A stretch of DNA of 64,000 bases from Octopus vulgaris (Eukaryota). Numbering within the stretch: the stretch's first letter is position 1; every line of letters begins with the position of its first letter. The DNA lies in contig OX597817.1 of the NCBI GenBank assembly GCA_951406725.2, forward strand, positions 116,312,001 through 116,376,000, given 5' to 3'. Position numbers and translations under genes: made by a program. Under the pieces are notes generated by a model. That model was not told where the DNA came from. It saw only the letters and a list, made by a program, of their open reading frames with translations, and made no database searches. Positions 54,007 to 64,000 of this stretch are shown here, one piece after another.

Positions 54007-55834
54007 TTTTACAATCATTTATGACTTCATCAAACGGAATTTTGGAGCTACAAGAAGAAGGAATTTTTCAGGTAATTAATTCAATTATTGACGTAGTAAA
54101 CATCAGCGTTTCATATTTAACGAAGTCAAACAAAACTCTTAATATATTCGATGCTAGTAAATTAATGAAAAACTGCCTTCTTTGGCATCTAAAATTTACT
54201 TCTTATTTTCGTGTCAGAGAATAATTTTACGTTCAATAAGTAAATATAAACTTGGAATAGAATATACGACAAACATCAATCTACATAGAACAGGAGACAT
54301 CATATCTAAATATTGACAAAATAATAGTAATGTACCTAGTTATTTGTCACCGATTCACTACCTAGACAGTGCACTCAGATGACATTCAAACTTCATTTTG
54401 AGTGTTTTATGAAAGGTGGTGTATATTAAATATTATTGATCAGGAAAACAAGCAAAATACAGGATAGGCATTGCTGGGATATTTTCGATCATATCTATGC
54501 TCAATAAGAGATGGCCTGAAAAAACAACTCCTTGAGTGGAGTTAATTACAGATATATCATCGTCTCCATTACTAGCTAAATTTTCGATAAACGAAGTCTT
54601 ATTTAGACACCTGTCAAGAATTTTGAATCAACAGTTTTTGTTGTTTAACTCTAAGTCAATTCAGTTTCAGTGGAGATATGATCAAAAGCCTTGCATTTGT
54701 GACCATCCGTATATATAGCGGTATCTAGAACTAATTTACCTAAAATGCCATCTCTGTATTTAAGATGCTGCTACAGAGTAAGTTAGATTTGTAGTTATTG
54801 GAAACAGATCGAATAATGGTATATTGATATTCTTGTGATTTCTAAAAGACAACAGCATTTTCTCCGGTTTCATGAAGACAGCACATAGTTATTGCTTTTC
54901 ATAAGCATCTAAAAATCCTCAGGTTGATTTCCATCGCATTGAACATATGCATATGTTGCTACAGATAGCAGTGAAATTTTGCTGAGGCTAATAACTACAC
55001 ACTTTTTTTCGAAAAACTTATTTCATATTGTATTCCGGGTACACAATGCATGTATAAGACGAGATAGTAAAAACTTGAATGCTTCTAATTACAGATGTGT
55101 CTGTGCTGGATTGGAACAACATCATCATCAACAACAACACCAAAATGATTATGTTTCAGATTTTGAAATGAATTGAAATATACTTATTATTGCAATATTG
55201 GTAAAGAGAAAAATAAGCAATAAATTTGTTGTGAAGGGAGAGTATTGAAAGTGGTCTTTGCTTAATATTACAAGTGTCAAATGTCATATCTTTATAAGGC
55301 ACTAAGACTGCATGCCAACAATTTGAATAACTTTCATTAGTTGTCGCAAGAATTCTGGTAGAATATCAGCTACCGATAATTTATTAGCTTCTAGTAATAT
55401 TCATATGACACCCTGTAATAATAAAACATTATTTCGAGCATTCAGAAATTCAGTAAGTCAATTGGAATGTGCAAATTTCGAGTAATTATTTTACTTTAGT
55501 CTCTAGTGATTAATAACTAAATCGATTTCAAAAACAGAAACATAGTGTATGTCGTAGTTGTTTAGCCTAGGACAGCTAAGCTACGGTGATATCTATCGTT
55601 CAAATGATATATGTTGTAATACTATTAATTCATTTTGAAAATGTAAATTTCCAGAATATCAAATTGTATAGGAAGAGCAAACAAAGAATATTTCTTACTA
55701 AAATTTACTCTAGACTGATTGATGTCAAATCAGTTTCAGAAACGAAAATACCCATTGTTGAAGTGACTGATGTTTATGTTCAGCTCATGTCTAAAATCGT
55801 CCCATCGTATATTATATATCATTATATACCATTA

Positions 55835-57045
55835 TATACCATTTTCCCGGTCTAGTTATTTTTAATAAACAATAACTTATTTACATAAGTTTTAGCATTA
55901 ACTGTTTGAAATAGTCTCCTTTCGTAGCAATATAGCAGCCCAGCATTCCTCCCACATTTAGAATCCGGCCTAGAAGTCATTTTCCGTAAGCGAGTCGAAG
56001 ACCTACTAGGATTCGATAACTGTGTTAAAATGGCTACCTGTGAGCTGCATTTTCCTCTTGGAGAAGAGATGGAATCTGCAGGTTCTAAATCTGGCCAATA
56101 GGGTAGATACGGAAAGCGATAACGTGATTTTTCGCGGGAAGCTCTTACAAGGGAGGAGAGCTTAGTGACAGAGTACATTGTCACCGTGAAGAATCCAATA
56201 TTTTGTACTCCACAGATCCGGTCCCTTTCGCAGGCCATCAAAGACTTCAAACCGTCACAGTAGAAATCTCGATTGACGGTCTGGCCCTGGGGGAAGAATT
56301 CTCGATGCACAATACAGTAAATGTCGTAATACTCGATGACTACGCTCTTGATTGAGGTTTGTCACTGTCGTGCCTTCGGGCATGGTGATAAATCCGCCTT
56401 TCGTCACTGGTGATGATCCTCGACATGAAGTGGCACGTTGACGGATATATTGACAGATTTCGACGGGATTGCTTAATGCTCAGCAGGCGAGGACAAATTT
56501 AGCAGAGGCACGTCACATGTTCAATTCAGACATTAGAATTGCCTGTACGGACCCACGCGACAGGCCAACAACATCAGCATTGTCGTTGATTGTCCTCCGA
56601 CGATCCTCATGCTGATGAATTTTCTCCATATTTCCGAGAGTGATGCTCGTGGCAGGTCTTCCAGATCGCTCATCGGCTTCCTGGGGTATTTTTCAGTTAT
56701 TGAAGAGCCTATGACACTCGAAACATTGCGCACTACCCATTACCTCATCGTCGTAAGCTTACCGAAATATACTCAATCTCAGTGTAGCAGACTTCCCAAG
56801 TTTAAAGCAAAATGTCACTTTGGCTATTTCTTCCACCTTACTATTCACGAGAAAAATCGCAGACTACAGCATACACTTGCTCACAAAAACACAAATTTCA
56901 CAATTTGCGAAGTAAAAACAGCAATGTCACGAGGAACATTACTTCAAGAATGTCATTGCTAGCCCTCACTTTGCACGCAACACTGAGTTGCCATCCGTTG
57001 GCGCGCGACAGAACTAGTCCAGGAAGGTTTTGATACCACCTCTTA
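55835..57045 (-). mobile_element. Decayed mariner transposon (second subfamily)
   Basis: HREFFPQGQTVNRDFYC and PYWPDLEPAD (YSPDLAPxD). Termini gaggtggtatcaaaaccttcctggactagtt and ttcccggtctagtt. Confidence 0.85.
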
Positions 57046-57362
57046 TGTTTTAAGAATATGATATGAGATAAAAGTGATTCTAAAGCTAAACAGTCGAGTA
57101 ACAGTGTGTGTGTGTTTGTATGTGAAATCTCTTACACACGTATCTACACACATACACAGGCACAGATACAAATACACACTCATATTATGCACAGGAAACA
57201 AGTTTTAAGTTTTGTTCCTTTAAAAAGACGAGTCTTTGTTAGAGAACAGCGATGTTGTATTGCGAGCCTCAAATACAAATCGATACTATACAGTACGCTT
57301 ACAGGCTCGGCCAATTATTACACTAACAGATGCATGAAACATGTAGCTCACATTTAAAAGCA

Positions 57363-57418
<56 letters not shown>

Positions 57419-57419
57419 C

Positions 57420-57575
57420 ACAGGCTTCTTTCAGTTTCCCCCTACCAAATCCATTCACAGGGCTTTGGTCGGTCGGAGGGTCTAGTAGAAGATACGTGAC
57501 GAATGTGCCAGGCAAAGGGACTGAATTCAGGACGATATGGTTGAGGAGCAAGCTCCTTAACACACTTTCGCCTGT
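57420..57575 (-). mobile_element. SINE family A, 5' part
   Basis: ggcttctttcagtttcc..taccaaatccattcacagggctttggtcgg..agtagaaga. Confidence 0.82.
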
Positions 57576-57765
57576 ATATATTATATATGAATGTTTGTAT
57601 GTTTGTATGAAACTTAGCAAAATGGAATGTTGATGTTGATTCGATTGGTTGTCGTCAACGCTCTAATGACACCGAAACCTTTGATGCTTTTAGATCCTTC
57701 TCAAACTTAAGTATACACTGAAGAAGCTGTATGTACATACTTTTATGTGTATATGTGCGTGTATT

Positions 57766-57801
<36 letters not shown>

Positions 57802-58442
57802 GAGAGAGAGAGTGAGAGAGACAGAGTGAGGAAGGGAGTGCCTGTTCGTGTCTGTGCGTGCGTCTCTGTGTATGTGTGTGTATGTGTGAGTGTGTGTGTG
57901 CATATATATAATGGTGTCGCATTAAACATATATAGTATATAATGGTGCCGCATGTTCCACACATGCATTTTCATATCCGGATATATACATGGAGTTACAG
58001 AGTAAAGCTTTATCCATCCTTTTATGAGAATAAAAATGTTTGAGATAATCACCGAGTTAGTATACAGTCTATGAAGTGTTTTTGCTTAAAAACATTGTTA
58101 CCAGAGGATAGAATCAATAGAGAATAACCATTTCATACGTTAGGAAAGAGTATTTCAACAGGTATTCTTTAGACATAAACTGTAATTGTAAGTGGCTTTC
58201 AGTTGCGTTTGTAATATACGTTTATATTTTCTGACAACGCCATTCAATTATTAGTTAGCAGGTGTATTTAATGCAGAAACTTAATAATCTAAATGCTTCT
58301 TCATTTCAGCCAGCTGCTATTACATTCAAATTCTCTTTCCACAGAAAGATTTATAAAACAAATTGCTTTCACTCAATCTAAAAGATCCAGACCCTACACC
58401 AGATATGAATATACATAAATACACACACACACACGTAAATGA

Positions 58443-58509
<67 letters not shown>

Positions 58510-58594
58510 AGCATTCTCACGCACAGTCTTCCCACGTATTTCATTCCACTTGCATCAGGTACAGCAGTTCGGTTTTAAATGTATATGTATATAT

Positions 58595-58875
58595 AAAGGA
58601 GTACCAGGAAACCCCAAAATCGCAGAAATTCAAAAGATATTGCTCGTAGGAACTGCTCATATCCTACGCAAAATACTTTCTATGTAATCTCAAGTTTTAA
58701 AACAGATAATTTTCTTATGGTTTCTTAAACATTCTCTAGTGCAACACTATGTAGAAAACCAAATATATAGCACCCTAGGCATAACACTAACAGGAACTTC
58801 CAACTTGTTTTTCTCTTGAGGTCTCTGGGTGAGACCTGGAGCCAACTTGTACAAATGTAAAACAAAAATTGAACG

Positions 58876-58877
<2 letters not shown>
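58595..58877 (+). mobile_element. 3' end of R4/Dong-type LINE (last codons plus 3' UTR) followed by (AAT)n
   Basis: GVPGNPKIAEIQKILLVGTAHILRKILSM* matches the LQKxxLLGTAHILRKVL C-terminus. Confidence 0.85.
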
Positions 58878-59920
<1,043 letters not shown>

Positions 59921-60053
59921 ATATATATAGTATACTATTCCAATATGGTAAGATGAACAAAAAATTACTCCATAAACACAATATTTGTATTATGTGCTAC
60001 TATTAATCATTCGCGGTCTGAGTATGCCAAAGAGTTATTTTTTAACACGTTTG

Positions 60054-60136
60054 GTGTCTGATGATTGCACTAGGACACCAGGCGTGTTAAAACCACTGTT
60101 TGGCATGCTCTCAGGGCATGAAACCAATAGTAGCAC
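60054..60136 (+). ncRNA. Type I hammerhead motif with long helix II
   Basis: gtgt-CTGATGA-T-TGC...GCA-T-GAAA-CCAATAG-TA-gcac. Confidence 0.65.
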
Positions 60137-60154
60137 ATAAAATACATGTATTGC

Positions 60155-60208
<54 letters not shown>

Positions 60209-60264
60209 ATATATATATATATATATAATAAAAATATAAAAACTATACATACATACATACATAC

Positions 60265-61950
60265 CGGGAGAATTTACAAGAAACAAAACACAAAGGCAGG
60301 TGGTGTAGACAACAAACAGTTATATTAGTTTAATGCTCGGGAAGTGAAAGAGTCTTTGAAGTTTCGAGCCTACGCCCTTCCACGGAATGGAACACAGAAA
60401 GGAACAAGGGGAGATAATAAAATAGTGGTCATCCGAAAACGAAGGTGCGCGTGTCTGTGCATATGAGAATATGTATGTGCTTGTGTAAGAAGGCTGGTGA
60501 GCTTGCCGTGTTATGTGTAGGTTTGAAGGTGTAGGCTGGGAAGTAGTCAGTGCTAGTGTGTGCATGGTGGTGTGATGTGTTGTGTGGTATGGTGGTGTAT
60601 GGTGTAGTGGTGTGTGGTGTGATGAGATGATGTTGGGAGTTGGGGGAAGCGAGAGTGAGGTAAGCAAGGGTGGGCGGGTGTTAGGCTAAGAGTGGGATTA
60701 GCGATTGAGTATGTGGGTAGGAAGAGGGTGGGGGTAGAGGTGGGGTATGCATGAGGGCTGTAAGGGATATGGTGGGGTGGGATGGGAAGGATAGGGGAGG
60801 TGGAGTTGGAATGTGTAGGGTCGGGTGGGGTTACGAGTGAGGGGTGACAATGAAGGAGGGAAGGAGTGTGGCTATGAGTGAAGAGAAGAGAGGAGAGTAG
60901 AAGTTAAGAGAAATAGGAGTCGGAGCGAGAAAAGAGGTTGGTGGACAGAAGTAGGAGTGAGGGTGTGAGAGGCGAGGGGAAGAGGTTAGATGAAGAGGGG
61001 AGGAGAGTTGAGCCCATGTGGCGCAAACGAGAGAAGGGAGAAGATTAATCCCTGTTCATGCCGGAAACGGTGGGACAATCCGAACAAGGTCAGGTGTTGC
61101 AAAGTGTGACTTGTAGAGCGGAAATAGCGCGAGACCAGTGCGTCATTGCCGAGTCGGATGTCTCGGAGGTGTCCCGTGAACCGGTCCGCCAAGAGGCGTC
61201 CCGTTTCCCGATGTATAGAGAAGGGAAGAGAGAGCAGGAGATGCAGTAGATGACATTGGCAGAACTATAGGTAAAGGAGTCGTTGATGTGATAGGATCGA
61301 TAATGGTTGCCGGTGAGGAGGGTGGTGTTGGAGAGGTAAGGGCAAGTGCGACAGCGTGGGCGGGATCAGTGGAACGAGACGGGTTGTGATGTTGGGTAAG
61401 GGAAGATGCTATGGAACAAGAGGTCTCGTAGCTTGCGGGGTCGTTTGAAGTAGGGGAGGTGACAGTTAGGGAAGATGTGCATTGTGGAGGGGGTCGAACT
61501 GGAGTCCCCAGAAAGCTCAGAGAATGGAGGGTTGGAGAGGTAGAGTGGTGGGGTGGTAGGTGATGGGAAAGGGAGACGGGAGACGGCGCAGCGGGTTCGG
61601 GGGTAAGAAAGAAGAGGCACGGTCCACGGAACGTGCTCTGGTAAGGGCGGTGTTGATAGTGGTGAGGGGATAACCACGTAGGATGAAGTGGCGAGCCATG
61701 AGTTGAGACTGAGTCTCAAGGTCATGGTCGTCACCACAGAGCCTGCGTATACGGAGGAATTGGGAATAGGGGATGGAACGCTTGCTGTGTCTAGTGTGGG
61801 AGGAGAAGTTAAGGTATGAGTGTGAGTTTGTGTGTTTGTAGAAGATGGAGCTGGTGAGAGTGGAGTGATGAATGCTGGCCGAAATGTCAAGAAAGGAGAC
61901 AGGTATCAGATATAGCGCAGGAGAAGTGGAGGGCAAGATGGAAGGATTTG
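60265..61950 (-). mobile_element. 5'-truncated Penelope-like element (Neptune-like): RT C-terminus, Cys linker, GIY-YIG, pyrimidine-rich 3' region, family G terminal repeat; flanked by (TA)n
   Basis: VSFLDIS...IFYKHTNSHSYLNFSSH...SIPYSQFLRIRRLC...RGYP; *SRPRCRTC; NVIYCISC...LYIG...RFTGHLRDIR...HGLN. Degenerate HHR at ~60353-60387. Confidence 0.92.
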
Positions 61951-61957
61951 ATATATG

Positions 61958-61993
<36 letters not shown>

Positions 61994-62044
61994 CGTAGAA
62001 GTTTGAAACGGAACACGCGAATTGATATGTATAAGAACAATATG

Positions 62045-62525
62045 ACAAGGTAGAAATCCAAAATAATTTTATCATGAAGAACAGTTTCAGCCTTTCCGAC
62101 ATTTTCAACTTAGAGCAAAGCATGAAAAACAATTAAATTGGGAAAAAATTAAATCAAATGTTTAAAAACATACTTCCATAGTTTTCAAATACATGGGACA
62201 TTTTCCTTTTTTCTGTCTGTCTGACTCTCTTTTTAACTTTTGTGAAGGCTTGGTAGCAGGTAGTAGGTAGTAGCAGTCCTAAAAGAATATTTGATATCAA
62301 ATAGTCCAAGCCTTACAAGAATAAAAAATAGAGACAGATAGAAAAAAGGAAAATATCCCTTGTATTTGAAAAGTATGGAAATGCTTTAAAAATCATTGCA
62401 TTTAATTTTTCCACAATTTAATTGTTTTTCTTACATTGCTCTAAGTTGAGATAGTCGGAAAGACAGAAACTGGTACTAAAATATTCTTCATTATAAAATG
62501 ATTTTAGCATTTCCCACCGTCTGTT
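62045..62525. repeat. ~480-bp imperfect palindrome between (TA)n tracts
   Basis: tttccgac..tcaacttagagcaa..gaaaaacaattaaattg..ttccata.ttttcaaataca.ggga.attttcctttttt..aaggcttgg is mirrored by ccaagcctt..aaaaaaggaaaatatcccttgtatttgaaaagtatggaa..caatttaattgtttttc..ttgctctaagttga..gtcggaaa. Confidence 0.88.
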
Positions 62526-62530
62526 TTTTT

Positions 62531-62577
<47 letters not shown>

Positions 62578-64000
62578 ATATACCAATTGAGTTCGAATGG
62601 AAGCAGAAAAATCATCAGGATTTTAGAATGAAATATATCGATATTTCTATTGTTATTACATTAAAACTTTTAGATAAAGATAGTTTCATAATTGAGTTAA
62701 AGCTACCATCAATCAGTAAACATATAAATCCAGCGAATGTTTACAATTTTGTTTAACATATGCAAATTTACTGATAGTACAAGTGGTCCTCTGTTATTCT
62801 GTTCGATTCTGAAACGTTACAATTTGCGCCACAAAATTAAAACCGTCTTTGTTGTGTTGGGTGGTTTTCCTAAACTTCATAAATTTTACAGAGAAAAATA
62901 GAATCAGAAATAAGTTCTGTAAATATTTGTAATATCAGTCTTTGTCGGGAGATAAAGTGGGAAAATGTTGTGATATGAAACAGCTAGAGAATACCGATTA
63001 GCATATGGTAAAGAAAACATATTGGTGTTTATGACAGATAAATTTAATCTGCGTACGTTCCAAGATATTTCTGACAATTGTAGCACGGTTGAAGACAAGA
63101 GGGATATGCATTGTAATGTTAAATACTGAAGTGTCGGTACTATATGTTATGTTATATTGTTATCTATGGTAGCTTAAGTGTTAGTGCTGTAAGTAGAAGC
63201 CTTGTGGAAAATTTCTTTGTTTCTTACCGATTAGATTAACTAGGCTTTAATGTATAAAACGGTGATATATATGAGTAATAATATATAATAGTTTATATTG
63301 AATTTCGTTTAGGTTAAAGTTTTTGCATTTATTATTGCTTAATTCGAAAATGACATCAAGTAAATTTTATATATTAACTTTATTCTATATGTGAGGAGCT
63401 TTTTAAAATGCTTATTAAGGTTTTATCCGTAAATATGCTTTCATTATACCAGCTGGCATGGTGAGAAGCAGCTAAGTCATTATCCCGATATTATCAGATA
63501 TAATCTAAATAATCCATTGCACACTTATACAATATTGTCCAGTTAGCTAGTAAGCAGCAGCAATATCGAAGGCTTTTTCACTGATATCGATCAAATCTTA
63601 AGGATGAGATTTCTTTTAAAAAACATACTGAAACTTTATCAAATAGCAGAGAGAGTGATACAGGCGCGTAAAATGAATGCAATATTACTATTTATAAGAC
63701 TTAGCATTTAGCAAAATCTAGGACATTCATAAGTAAAGGTTTAGAGGAAGAAAAGATAAAAATTTTGCTTTCAGGAATCATGTCAAATTAAAGATGCGAT
63801 TATTGCGAATACTAATGAACTGAGAAACATCTGTTATTCCATTACTGAAATCTAAATTCGAACTAAATCTATTTCGTTTGTTTCGCGATTAATTAATCTT
63901 GTTTTTCGATTTAAAGGAGAATTCCCATTGTCACTTTTCAATTTACGATTTGCGTTTGACTAGATATTGTAGTTAACATGTGTATATTTTTTAACCGAAA

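Overview
AT-rich, microsatellite-dense animal genomic DNA with no host gene I can call confidently. The SINE sequences resemble octopus/coleoid cephalopod repeats (inference, not a database result). Almost all listed ORFs are translations of (TA)n/(TG)n/(AAT)n tracts. The real coding remnants are all decayed transposons: a Tx1/L1-type LINE, R4/Dong-type LINE pieces next to (AAT)n, two Tc1 and two mariner copies, and several Penelope-like elements (PLEs; RT C-terminus plus GIY-YIG). Three tRNA-derived SINE families are also present. The most notable signal is RNA-level: about 15 type I hammerhead ribozyme (HHR) motifs from at least six sequence families, folded by eye. They show base-pair covariation between copies, palindromic helix III, and recurrent non-standard cores (extra A after A9, U.U at 10.1-11.1, A6->U). 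They sit in PLE terminal repeats, in a ~400-420 nt tandem retrozyme-like repeat, and in a tRNA-headed SINE-like element. Many of these units lie within (TA)n tracts and form long fold-back palindromes. Repeat boundaries are approximate and no activity has been tested.
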